NCBI GenBank assembly: GCA_951406725.2 | Contig: OX597817.1 | Span: 8,308,001-8,372,000 of the forward strand | Direction: 5' to 3' | Source: Octopus vulgaris | Lineage: Eukaryota | DNA length: 64,000 bases | Shown here: piece by piece, positions 26,793-39,369 of the stretch | How positions within the stretch are numbered: position 1 is the stretch's first letter | Layout of the letters: each line of letters begins with the position of its first letter | The notes under the pieces: generated by a model | What the model was told of the DNA's origin: nothing | The model's input: the letters and a program-made list of their open reading frames with translations, nothing else | Databases searched by the model: none | Program-made: the position numbers and the translations under genes

Positions 26793-26906
26793 GACATTTT
26801 ATAGTTCTTCTACTAATTTCTCATCATTTTCCGATGTATCCATTACGACTATAATATCGGCCACGTAATGTATATAGAATAGTTATGTGTTGCTGTTACT
26901 TTTCCA

Positions 26907-26967
26907 CTGCGAACAAGCAGAATGCTGCGAACAAGCAGAATGCTGCGAACAAGCAGAATGCTGCGAA
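26907..26967. repeat. 18-bp minisatellite (ctgcgaacaagcagaatg) x~3.4
   Basis: Read directly. Confidence 0.9.
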
Positions 26968-27642
26968 TGCAGGACCTCAGGAAGAACCATGAATATTCCA
27001 TCTATTACCTTATATAATATATCCGGTGGACGACGCAAGAATACCACTGTTTTATTAACAGTTTCCTCCGTATATGCTTGGTTTTAAATTTAGTTTTTAC
27101 ATTATTTAATATGATTTCTATTGTTTTGGCTACTAGAAACGTTTGTTAACATTTCTAATGTCGAGATGTTGCATACTTTATTAATTTCTTCTGAGATCTC
27201 TAAGAACTCTTCTTAAGAACGTATACTATATGCCTCTGGTATCTGATAATGTTATTTAATTATTTAGCGATCTTGTGTATCAGTGTATTGATTGTGAAAT
27301 GAGGATTCGGAGCACGTTCTTTTCTTTATGTACTTTTACTGTACCGGAGATAAGCTGGAGTGAATTCCCCTTTCATGTGGCGAAACAGGGAGCTCGTATC
27401 TCTATGTCTATCATCGTAATTAGCTTATTCAGTTTAACTGTTAATTAGAAAGATCTTTTCAAGTCCTTATAAATTATTTTTGTCGCAGAGCAAATTATTA
27501 CATATTGATCTTTAATTACGACTGCAAATATAATTACTTTTATCACTTTTCACATGTTATTTTTTTAAAATCATGACGTGTTTGTTTGATTTTCGTTTCA
27601 CATATTTGTTTGTTGTTGCAAAGATATTTATAATTATCACAT

Positions 27643-28028
27643 GGAGGCGCAATGGCCCAGTGGTTAGGGCAGCGGACTCGCGGTCATAGGATCGCGGTCC
27701 CGATTCCCAGACCGGGCGTTGTGAGTGTTTATTGAGCGAAAACACCTAAAAGCTCCACGAGGCTCCGGCAGGGGATGGTGGTGATCCCTGCTGTACTCTT
27801 TCACCACAACTTTCTCTCACTCTTACTTCCTGTTTCTGTTGTACCTGTATTTCAAAGGGCCGGCCTTGTCACTCTCTGTGTCACGCTGAATATCCCCGAG
27901 AACTGCGTTAAGGGTACACGTGTCTGTGGTGTGCTCAGCCACTTACACGTTAATTTCACGAGCAGGCTGTTCCGTTAATCGGATCAACCGGAACCCTCGT
28001 CGTCGTAACCGACGGAGTGCTTCCATCC
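27643..28028 (+). mobile_element. tRNA-derived SINE family C (OR1-like, tentative), full length with 14-bp TSD
   Basis: Head ggaggcgcaatggcccagtggttagggcagcggactcgcggtc...cgattccc; TSD tataattatcacat at 27629-27642 and 28029-28042; second copy at 34016-34408. Confidence 0.9.
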
Positions 28029-28429
28029 TATAATTATCACATTCACCTAGGAGTTAGTCTTAGAGTTTATCGTCTACTGTTGTGTGGCATGGTGCAATTC
28101 CAATGATCTAGACACGAAACAAAACTAGTTTGGAAAAGATTAGCAAAACCATACCATTCTCTGGGCTCAGAATAAAATGAAACAAAAATCTGTCGGCTGA
28201 CGCATAAATTTAACGGCTAAAATTCCAAATTTCGGTGGATGCGGCCACATTTATCCTTCTGACTTTGCAGCAACACGCACGGAGAGGTTCTGAAGGTTTA
28301 GGCACTTTGATAATGGGTTTTGGCGATTAAGTTACTGGTACATACCAAATGAAGGGCACCCAAACGAAAATATGACAGACAAAATCTTGATAAAAGGTGA
28401 AACTAAAATATGTGTTTCCAATACGTTTC

Positions 28430-28471
<42 letters not shown>

Positions 28472-28575
28472 GTTTGTATATTCGTTTTGCAAGATCCTTG
28501 ATGTGAAATCGTGTGTTGAAAGAGATATTGTTGTATTTAGGAATGGTCATATTGCCAGTTTAGCCAATATATATG

Positions 28576-28617
<42 letters not shown>

Positions 28618-28991
28618 CGCGCGTGTATGTGTGTGTATTCATATATATGTATATATATATATATACATGTACATACAAGCACATATACACACACACGCAC
28701 ACACATGCATACATACACACACATATAATATACGTTAATATCGAACAATGAACATGAGTGACAGCACTGCATTGGTGGATAAAAATTCGTTATTTATGGT
28801 TTAAGACTACCTTTAGTTTAATAAGCCTATATAGACAGACAGATAGACAAACAGATAGATAGATACATACATACATACATGTATGCATATACACACGTAC
28901 GCACACACACATTTTTACAAAAATCTGACTGTAAAGATAGGATACGCTTATGTAGCTTTGAGTAAAAGCGAGATTGGAATTCACGTGCACG

Positions 28992-29067
28992 TAGCAGTGA
29001 TTGACTCTCAGTCGTTTCGGGGTCATACCCCCAACATCAACCACCCGACTCCTTCGTCAGACTTCTA
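28992..29067 (-). ncRNA. Degenerate type I hammerhead ribozyme
   Basis: Minus strand: tagaagt-CTGACGA-a-ggagtc...gacccc-GAAA-cgact gag agtcaa-TC-actgcta; one defect in each stem. Confidence 0.55.
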
Positions 29068-29491
29068 AAGCAACTGTTTATCTATTTACAAGCCCTGTTG
29101 TTGTTTAACCCTGTGTCAACTCTCATAGGGTAGACCTATGTTCAAAGGCGCTCCAACAGCGACATTCCCGTCTCCGTTTTGGTATAGTCCATCTAGGACT
29201 ATATTGTGACACACATTCTGGTTCTGTTTAGGAATTGTATGGAATATTTTTGAAAATGACAAAAATTGTTTGCATTTGCATTGTTATCGATCACAAAAGG
29301 ATGATGGGTTAAAATTGATTCTATCTGTCACATTGCCAAAATTTTCCATTCTTGAATTCTTGCTTTCTGGAATATAATAATGGTAAGGAATTATATCAAG
29401 TAATTGATTTATGTATATATATATAGATATATATTTTAAATATATGATTAATTGCGAAACATCCATGTTCAAAGAAGAAAGGAAATATTTC

Positions 29492-30020
29492 TCACCACCA
29501 CCACCACCATCATCATCATCATTGTCACCAACAGCAGCAGCACTACCACCACCACCACCATCACCATCACATCTTCCTCCTCCTCTTCCTTCTCCTCCTC
29601 TTCCTCTTCCCTCTCCTCCTCCTCCTCCTCCTCCATTAGCATACCGTCATCGTCGTCGTCACCACCACCACCACCACTACCACCACTACCACCACCATCA
29701 CCACCACCATCACCCCCACCACTACCACCACCATCACCACCACCACCACCACCACAATCACCACCACCACTACCACCACTACCACCACCATCACCACCAC
29801 CATCACCCCCACCACTACCACCACCATCACCACCACCACCACCACCACAATCACCACCATCATCATCATCATCATCATCATCGTCGTCGTTGTCGTCGTC
29901 GTCATCATCATCATCATCATCACCACCACCACCACCAAAACCACCAAAACCACCAAACCCACCACCACCACCACTACCACCACCACTACCACCACCACTA
30001 CCACCACCACCACCACTACA
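29492..30020. repeat. (CAC)/(CAT)/(CCT) low-complexity tract with an internal tandem duplication
   Basis: Read directly; gives the poly-P/H pseudo-ORFs. Confidence 0.9.
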
Positions 30021-30624
30021 TTTTAATTCCCCGGAGGAGTTTTACAAGAAAAGGTTGCTAGTTGTGATGATGGCGCAGAAAATATGTTGCAATTCTCTCT
30101 TTTCTTTTTCTTTTTCTTTTTTTTCTCTTTTTTTTTTGGAAATCGCTCGACGGGCAAAAGTTGAGATTTAAACAACATCTGTATTGTTAACGATTCAAAT
30201 GGAAGAAGGTGAACAGCGCGAGACTGGGAAATTATGAAAAAAGCTGTTGACTTCAGCGATAACCCTTGTCTTCTTGTCTTGTTCCAAAGCTAAACAATCG
30301 GCGCGGAGGCGCGGGCTTGTAGTGGCGATGATAAGGCATGGAGGCGCAGGGTTGGAGCGATAACAATAGTAAGGGTGTCATACATAGAGAAGTAATATTT
30401 CTGTTAAGATTCCCATTGAAAGAAAACAACCGAAAATTCGGGGTTCGTTGGAAGCTGTTTCTTTTACTTGATATTGTGTTGAGGAGAAATTCATTCCAAA
30501 AATATAGGTCAATGTATTACATTTCGTTACTCTTGCTACCTTGCTTTTTTTTTTCGTTATATTTTCTCCCAAGTAAGGTCAAGGTCATCGTAGTATTCTG
30601 TAATGTAAGGTTAGTTGTCTTCTA

Positions 30625-30860
30625 TCTTTTAATTGTTTTAGCCATTAGACTGTGGCCATGCTGCCATACTGGGGTATCGTCTTAAAGAATTTCTAATCGA
30701 ATGAATCGACCCCCCTCCACCCAAGTACTTATTTTTATTGTTATAAGCCTGGTATTTTTTCTATCGGTCTTTTTTGCCAACAGACCGTTAAGTTACGGGC
30801 CCATAAACATACCAGCACCGGTTGTCAAGCGGTGGTGGAGGACAAACACAGACATAAAGA
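30625..30860 (-). mobile_element. Diverged SINE family A 3' half
   Basis: gactgtggccatgctg...ctatcggtctttttgcc...taagttacggg...gttgtcaagcggtggtggaggacaaacacagac. Confidence 0.7.
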
Positions 30861-30954
30861 CACACACACATACACAGACATAAAGACACACACACACATA
30901 CACACACGCGTGACATAGTATTAATTAGACAGGTTCTAATAAATGAAGTGGTGT

Positions 30955-32792
30955 CAGCTGTAACAATTTTCCCCGAGTGCGGGGTGCGTTGTGACACTTA
31001 CTGTCGATAACACGGAATTATGTTAACAAACAAGTTTAAAATGAATACGTGTCCTGCTTCTTGCATCTAGGAAGTATTATTTTAATTAATTAACTGTGCT
31101 TTGAACCCCCTCATATCCTAACTGTGATACTGAGCGTCCTCAGCCAATTTCCCCATTGTAACATGCACCATCTAGTCGGAATCGTCCTCCATTAACTTCT
31201 CACACAGAAAGTCCTCTCGTCCATCGGTACAGTCAGTGTGTGCCCAGTCTTTACAGATCATGCATTGCACTCATTCTTCACCTTGAAGGGAGTTGGAATA
31301 CCAATCTGAGCAGACAGAGCATTTCCAATCGGCGACATGCTTGCTGCGAGGCTGCTTCCCATTGCTCTACTCAGACTTGTGGCTTATGGGGTTCGGATGG
31401 AGAGGCTGGAATTCCATTTCATAAACTTTGAGAACCAGTCAACACCAGCGCATTCATTGGCAGATCAGGAATCCGGACACTTGATTTTATTGGTCTTCGC
31501 ATAGTCGTAAGCAAGGCTTCGAATGTCAGAAGGAGTCAGACCATGGTAAATTTTAGCAGCTTTAAGGATGTAGGTCACAAGCAAGTCTTCTTGCTACTTG
31601 GTAAAAACTGCACGCGGAAAAGCATATCCAGCACTGGCTATTTCCCCCTCTGAGCTTAGTTTCTTGCAGTATCTCTGCAGCGTCTTAAAATTCACCTGAA
31701 AATATAGGCGCAGGAGTGGCTGTGTGGTAAGTAGCTTGTTTACCAACCACATGGTTTCGGGTTCAGTCCCACTGCGTGGCATCTTGGGCAAGTGTCTTCT
31801 ACTATAGCCCCGGGCCGACCAATGCCTTGTGAGTGGATTTGGTAGACAGAAACTGAAAGAAGCCCGTCGTATATATGTATATATATATATATGCGTGTGT
31901 GTGTGTTTGTGTGTCTGTGTTTGTCCCCCTAGCATTGCTTGACAACCGATGCTGGTGTGTTTACGTCCCCGTCACTTAGCGGTTCGGCAAGAGAGACCGA
32001 TAGAATAAGTACTGGGCTTACAAAAGAATAAGACCCAGGGTCGAGTTGCTCGATTAAAGGCGGTGCTCCAGCATGGCCGCAGTCAAATGACTGAAACAAG
32101 TAAAAGAGTAAAAGAGTAAAAGAGTAAAAGAGTAAAGAGTAAAGTTGAAGGTTTATTTTTTGGTACAGCTGACATTCTGTTAACATCTTAAAAGGTTGGT
32201 GTAATGGATACCGGTAACTTCATATCTAATGAGCCTGAAACCTACCTCGAAATCTTTGGCAACATCCCATAATGATTTCTTTTCATTCACAACTTTTCTG
32301 GCAGCTCTTTCCATGACATCAGGAAGAGTATCCCCCTTTGCAGTCTTCCTTTTGTAATTTCTAGGCATGGCGTGTTAAACTGAAATATAAGGGGTAAGTT
32401 GATACACTGTAACAATTAGCCCCGACCATGAATTTCTGGGGTTTACCTCGTACACAGCACTAGCAATGCATGGCATCCAAGACACACCTTCATGTATCGA
32501 AGGCAACTTCTAACACTTCCTAATGAACTACAAACTACTTCAGTAACACCACTTGTGGCTTTAGTAGTTAAGGAAATAACTTTGTGGCAAACTTTCACTT
32601 TTGAAGTAAAAAATTGTTTTTGAGCCATACCTTTGCTGGTGGCAGCCTGCCAGTCCAATACCCATGTACAGTCATGATGCTATGGATTCTGCCTTCACGA
32701 GGTAGAGACCCAAGTGCCACCTATTTCTTGAAGTTGGAAACAATGGGCTTGTAACAACTTACCCGTATAACAACTAGACCTAGTCTCCCCTA
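30955..32792 (-). mobile_element. Pogo-like DNA transposon relic (psq HTH + CENP-B HTH + PHD finger; DDE domain deleted), with an intron
   Basis: Exon 1 32368-32246 MPRNYKRKT...VAKDFE; intron 32245-31696 (GT..AG); exon 2 VNFKTLQRY...LVTYILKAAKIYHGLTPSDIRSLAYDYA...AGVDWF...LSIRTP*ATSLSRA; then VQCMICKDWAHTDC...FLCEK (~31280-31196); repeated gtaacaa...ccc(c)g motifs near both ends. Confidence 0.8.
31707..32142 (+). mobile_element. SINE family A, full length, inside the transposase intron
   Basis: Complete head, linker and tail with (gtaaaaga)n end. Confidence 0.92.
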
Positions 32793-34015
32793 CATGAACA
32801 GCTTAAGTAACTTCAGACACCTCCTTGAAAACTGTCATTTTCTGTAGTTATGAAATTCATGTAGTAAAGAATGACATTCACTTAGTGATGTATTCCTGTA
32901 CACGAGGAGTTTTACATGAGACGGACTGCGTCACAAATCGACCATCACACACTGATGATAATCATAAATAGATACCACACCATATTTCAAGGCTGACAAA
33001 GAAGGGTGGGGATACTAGTATAAAGTTAAATATTGAAGCAGTTTCTCCGAATCCATTGAGAGAATTTATCTCAGCGGTGTAAGCTATTGAGACACTCATT
33101 GATTATATGGCGCTCCCGTTCCTTACAGAAGTTTACTGTACATACACAGGGTACCTATTTATGATTAAGACTGGAGTTTAAGCTAGTGTGTGCTAAGTGA
33201 CATTGACACAATGCAGCCTAAGTGAGGGGTACGAAACATCAGCTGTTTGTCCATCTTTGAAGTCGGCTCATCTTAAAACTACATCACCCAACTACGTCAC
33301 AAATATTTAAATAGTTTTAAACATTCGATGTGCCAGACTTATCACTTGAACGTGACGTTTAAACACACACGCTGTTTACATGTAGACGAACAACGTTTGG
33401 TATTTAAGACATTTAGCTATATTAGCTGGGAGTGGCAAAGAAAATATATCTACCTGAGATTGGTATGACTTTCAACAACCAAATCTACACTTATTTTCCT
33501 TACCTACTTGCCGGATGTTCCCTGCGCTCAGACGAAATTATCCGTGGAGCTACACACCTTAGACTTCATAACAGCTTAACTTTATCTATGTCCGTACATC
33601 CTACATCAAACATTACATGCTGTCAGTCATTCAGAAAAACTGCCTCGGTTGCCCTCAAATATCTTTCTACATAAAACCTTCCATTTATTATCTTTCATTG
33701 TAACGAAACCGCACCTAGTTGTCTGGTATTTCACACTTCGAAATATCGAGAGAACTTTAACGAGGCATACGATAGATCGCTGTCTTTTAAGACAGTTAAT
33801 GATAAAAACTTAAAAATATTCAAACGTACAGAATATAGTATATATACTTATCTAGTCAATTAGACGGCTGGCGTAAGGATGTATTCCCCGTTCCAGTAAG
33901 CACTTCATACGACATTTACTTCTTCTTTGAGTTAGCGAGGGAACCTCATATAACCTGTAGAAATAGCAGCCAGATATCTCACACTTTATATCTCAATAAA
34001 ATGGAAAAGCATATT

Positions 34016-34408
34016 GGGGGTGGGAGCACTCCGTCGGTTACGACGATGAGGATTCCGGTTGATCCGAATCAACGGAACAGCCTGCTCGTGAAATTAACGT
34101 GTAAGTGGCTGAGCACTCCACAGACACGTGCACCCTTAACGTAGTTCTCGGGGATATTCAGCGTGACACAGAGAGTGACAAGGCCGGCCCCTTGAAATAC
34201 AGGTACAACAGAAACAGGAAGTAAGAGTGAGAGAAAGTTGTGGTGAAAGAGTACAGCAGGGATCACCACCATCCCCTGCCGGAGCATCGTGGAGCTTCAG
34301 GTGTTTTCGCTCAATAAACACTCACAGCGCCCGGTCTGGGAATCGAAACCGCGATCCTACGACCGCGAGTCCGCTGCCCTAACCACTGGGCCATTGCGCG
34401 TCCACGAA
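34016..34408 (-). mobile_element. SINE family C, full length with 11-bp TSD
   Basis: Reverse complement of 27643-28028; aaaagcatatt at 34005-34015 and 34409-34419. Confidence 0.9.
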
Positions 34409-34420
34409 AAAAGCATATTA

Positions 34421-34555
34421 TACGAGGGGTGTATGAAAAGTCTTGAGCCTCAGAAAAAAACAACAAAAAAACATGGTACAAGACTTCTGAGGAAGGTACA
34501 AGACTTCAAGGATCATAGGTCTTGAAAGCTCAAAACTTTTCATGCACCCCTAGTA
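34421..34555. mobile_element. Mariner-type MITE, ~135 bp
   Basis: TAcgaggggtgtatgaaaagtcttgagc ... gctcaaaacttttcatgcacccctagTA: ~26-bp imperfect TIRs with TA flanks. Confidence 0.75.
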
Positions 34556-36051
34556 TACTATAATCTTAGATACCTCTAAAAAGAATAGAAGAGTCACGAC
34601 ATAGTTTTGCTTGGGTAAGATTGCCCTAGAATTAAATAGCACCTCGTACTTCACTTCTAATATAATCTATTCGAACTGATTGAATATAGTTCTTTTTGGC
34701 GAAATTACCTTTTGCCCGTGTAAGCAATTTCTGTAGGTAGATGACATTGAGGAAGTTTCTAAATTAGGGATTATTAATAGGAAATATCCATAATTCTTGA
34801 GGCTATAAGAATCAAAGGTTGAAGATATGGCATTCGACTTTTCTATCGTATTTCCATAATTCTACTAAATAAACGATAATATTGAGGAACTCATACAATC
34901 ATCATAGTATTTCCTTGATAAGGTTATACGTTGGTGCAGTAAGAGTTAGATCACTCTTCACTTTGAAGATTTTCAGTCTGCTTACATATCTTCAATACCA
35001 GAAAGGGCATGGATAGAAGGTTACCCATTCACATTTCTCCATTGAAACATCATTGAATAAAATCAATTTAAATAATACTGTTTCCTTAAATAATTATTTT
35101 TCATTGGATATTAACATTTTATATTTGACATTTAATTTTTCGTTTTATTCTTACAGTAATCTTTTTTTTTTGCGAAATGTCATCCTCACACTGATAATAA
35201 ATGAATAAATAAATAAATTAAAACAGAAACAGAAGTGCATTAATTAAAATGTTAGCCTTACTTGCACCTGTGTGACAGAACAAGATGGAAAGGAATGACC
35301 TTCTAATGTATGATTTGAAATTTTACAATGAGAAATGGAAATTTGAAGACGTCAGCACTGAGACAAAAATTAGAAAAGCAAGCAAAGAAAATTGATGCTT
35401 TAAATTTTGAAAAGAATTTGTTATCATTAGAAAGGATCTCTTTCATCATATGGGGGTTTCTCCTCCTGGAAACGTTATTCTGATAAACCTTAATTAAGTT
35501 TCGTTTATGAGTACAAAAGACGCATCATACAGAGAAAACCTAACGAAGCCCTGTGAATTGGAGGTTCCTAAAATTATACTGAAATAGGATGTGATGAAGC
35601 AATTAAGTTACATGTGCTTATCCACTGACTCTGTACGCCAGATCATTAAAAGTAAGAGTCAGGGCATTGCAATCCATGTTGCTCAGTCCTTCAAAAAACC
35701 AGTATACAACTTGATAACACAAGCGACATTTCAAACAAGAGCCAATTACGTGTATTTGTGCAACACCAAGAAAGAGTTTTTATTGAATAACCTCCTCCAT
35801 ACAATAATCAAAATAGATTAAGTGTTCAAGCCGATCGAATTGTTCTTTCATCGACCCGTGTTTGTAAATCGGGTGTTACTGTGTCTAGCTATCGGGTTGG
35901 AATTCTCGCAATGTTTGGCATGAAATTTAAGTTTGTTGTTCTGGTTAAGGTGAAAGTTCTGTATGAGTTCACTACATACTGTTTTATATTATCTAGTTTT
36001 GATATACAAAGTACTGCCATGGAAAGTGAAATCATACAGAACTTTGTCCTT

Positions 36052-37280
36052 TTTGTTGAACCTTTGCTCCGAAAGAACCAAAATGGATTCAGACATGGGC
36101 GCTCAACGCTGAGCCAGATACTATGCCTGCGCAGACTTATTGAAGAATCAAAAGCATTTAATCGCGATCTTGCAATGGTATTTGTAGACTTTTCTAAAGC
36201 GTTCGATTCTGTAGATAGGTACAAGATGTTTGAAATCCTTAAGCTCTATGGGATACCAGACAAAATTATTTCTGCCATCAAGGTCCTCTACACAGATACG
36301 TCTTCAACCATCTTAACCCCTGATGGAGAAACATCATCTTTCTCAATCAAAGCCGGAATACTGCAGGGAGACACACTCGCCCCATTTCTTTTCATCATTG
36401 TTGTTGATTATGTGCTACGTATGTCAGTTGATACCATCTCTGGCAAGGGCTTTGAAATAAAACCAAGAAGAAGTTCCAGACACCCAGCTGAGTACTTGAC
36501 AGACACTGACTTTGCTGACGACATCGCTCTTATCAGTGATTCTCTCTCCAATGCCCAGTCTCTTTTACAATCTCTTGAACAAGCCTCAAATTGTGTAGGT
36601 CTTTACCTCAAAGAGGCCAAAACTGAATACATAAACAAGTGCCTGTCCAACAGTGATTGTATCATCCATACTCTCAACAGTGCGCCTTTAAATATGGTTT
36701 CTGATTATAAATATCTTGGGTCATACATATCATCATCTGGAAAAGACTTTCTAACTAGAAAGGGTATGGCCTAGTCAGCCTGTAATGACATGCATAAGAT
36801 CTGGTCATCAAATCTAAGTAGAGACTTCAAACTTGAAATCTTCAAAGCCACAGTCGAACCAATTCTACTATATGGCTCAGAAACCTGGACGTTATCAAAG
36901 AAGCTTGAGAGGCGGTTGGATGGAACCTACACTCGCCTCCTTATGAGAGCTCAAAATCTCTCGTGGAAGCGCCATCCAACCAAAATGCAAATATATGGGA
37001 AACTACCACCTGTGTCATCTCTTGTGAAAGGTAAGAGAGTCCAGTTTGCTGGACATTGTTGTAGAGCTGAAAAAGAAGTAATTTCTACTCTTCTCCTCTG
37101 GAAGCCATCTACTCGCAATACCAGAGGGCGCACACTCTCCTACCCTGATGTAATCTCCAGGGATACAGGCATCCAGCAACAGGACCTCCGTAATGCTATG
37201 ATGGACCGTGAAGTCTGGCGTAACATAGTAAATTCCATTGTCTCGACCACGGTCGAACATTGATGAATGATGATGATGAC
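36052..37280 (+). mobile_element. 5'-truncated RTE-clade LINE (reverse transcriptase + C-terminus), one premature stop
   Basis: NQNGFR, VFVDFSKAFDSV, GILQGDTLAPFLF, DFADDIAL, YKYLGS; TAG at 36772-36774 (likely TGG>TAG), then in-frame continuation to 37263; (TGA)n tail. Confidence 0.95.
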
Positions 37281-37284
37281 TGAA

Positions 37285-37440
37285 ATCTACAAGTGTTTTT
37301 CATTCTCTCTCTGTTAATTTTCTCATATGCCTTTCTGTTGAAGAGCGTAGGCTCAAAATGTAAAGACATTTTCTTCTTTCCCGAGCGTCAAACTAATAGA
37401 TTTGCTTTTCGTCTCTTGTTTTTCTGTAAATTTCAACTAT
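37285..37440 (+). mobile_element. Penelope-like terminal repeat fragment (same family as 2608-2795), hammerhead-like motif decayed
   Basis: ctttctgttgaagagcgtaggctcaaaatgtaaagac...ttcccgagcgtcaaactaata; GAAA has become AAAA. Confidence 0.55.
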
Positions 37441-38610
37441 ATATATATATATATATATTGTTATTGTTGATTTTGTTGTTGCTTACACATATCAACCATG
37501 ATCGAACAAGCATATGGTCAAAGGTGTTCCAGCCTTGACCAGCTCGTATTTTGTTTGTCTAGCACTATATTATACATATCCTTTCTACAACAAATATAGT
37601 ACGATTTGAGAGAGATTTAGCTGCTATTTCTTGCATTGTCGTACGAACATATAAATTGCCTTCCTCTTTGACTCAGAATGTAGATGTGGGTGTGAATGTG
37701 TGAATATATTTGCCAATAATTGGCACAATAAAATGGAAGAGAGAAAATTTTTGAAATGATTTATCGATTATTTTCCTTCGATTTATTGATCGAATCACTT
37801 AGAATGTCACACTGCGCCGAAAGAATATTGGAGAGCTTTGATCAGAAGCTTTGACTCTAGAAACATTAAATTTCAGAATTACTGAAGTTGTTATTTGGTT
37901 GTTGTTGCTGCTGCTGCTGTTGTTGTTGTTGTTGTTGTTGTAGCTACTGCTACTGCTGCTGCTGCTGCTGTTGTTGAGTTGCTCATACATTATAGGTTCT
38001 TTATCTGCTCTATGAGCGCAGCTTTGTGCTCCTTCAGAATGCGCAACGTTTCGTTTTTATCCGTATCGAAAGTGTTCGACGTAATAAACGGTGCCTAGTA
38101 ATACTCTTTTCTGTACATTATGCTATTTTATGCATGCCATAAAGTCCGAAAATTTTAGCTGTGTGTTTCTTTGTCTTTTTAATTTTTTTTGTACAATTCC
38201 CAAAATACTTATTAATTTCAACCCCCACATTCAATCGCTATTTTCAGATCTTTATATTTGGAAAAGTTTTGATATATCTCATCGGTTTTAATAGATTCTT
38301 TGACGAGTAGTTATTTCTTTTTTTGATGGTCCTTGGCAATAACATCTGCTTTCTTAACTTTGGCCTCTATATATGTGCATTGGCATATCTCAGATTATAG
38401 TTGTTTTGGCATTCTCAAAGATCTTTTCCGGCGTATGTGTATACCACCTCTTTTCTGTTTGTATTTCAATGAGCCAGCATAACTTACAATACATATAAGT
38501 CTACATGAGTATTCTTCCTTAGTTAAGACTGGCATATGAGAGACAATATTGATCCTTCCTCTTCACATATTCTTAACTTATTATATTCTACTTCATTATA
38601 CTCTTTTGAT

Positions 38611-38765
38611 GAGTGGCTGTGTGGTAAGTAGCTTGCTTACCAACCACATGGTTCCGGGTTCAGTCCCACTGCGTGACACCTTGGGCAAGTGTCTTCTACT
38701 ATCGCCTCGGGCCGACCAAAGCCTTGTGAGTGGATTTGGTAGACGGAAACTGAAAGAAGTCCGTC

Positions 38766-38827
<62 letters not shown>

Positions 38828-39018
38828 GTGTGTATGTGTTTGTGTGTCTGTATTTGTCTCCCGAACATCGCTTGACAACCGATGCTGGTGTATTTACATC
38901 CTCATAACCTAGCGGTTCGGCAAAAGAAACCGATAGAATAAGTTCCGATAGAATTTGTTCAGCTAAAGGCAGTGCTCCAGCACGGCCGCAGTCAAGTGAC
39001 TGAAACAAGTAAAAGAGC
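38611..39018 (+). mobile_element. SINE family A, near full length
   Basis: Head, (TA)n linker and tail present, with a small internal deletion. Confidence 0.9.
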
Positions 39019-39369
39019 ATCTGGTGAGGAGGCTTTGATGTTGTGTTACAATTAAGAATCCTTCAGTTTTGGCTTTTAGTCTTGTACTTCTCAGTCACTA
39101 TCGCAACTCTTTACCGTGTTCACTTCCAGCCTGTATAGGTTTCGCGGGTATTGGGATACACGAACTTTCCTTGGAGGTGATTGGTCAATCATTTTCGACT
39201 CCATTTTTTTATTCGTTGGATCTTCCATTATCGAAGTAGTTCTTACCTCAACCATCTACACCAGTATATTTCCTTGTGTTAAACATTCATTCAGATGATT
39301 ACCGATTTAGCATGAAATACATGATCACCAACTGGCCAGCGTGAGCAGGTAGGTTAACAACCAGCATAT

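Noticed and set aside
26907-26967. CRISPR-like repeat
   Set aside because: Head-to-tail 18-bp units without spacers, in eukaryotic DNA.
27643-27715. tRNA gene
   Set aside because: It is the tRNA-derived head of a SINE with a TSD and a second copy; the same holds for family A and B heads.
29411-30171. Extensin/formin-like proline-rich ORF
   Set aside because: (CCA)n low complexity; the flanking translation is not protein-like.
35881-36051. N-terminal extension of the RT ORF
   Set aside because: Chance open frame in flanking DNA upstream of the LINE 5' truncation point.
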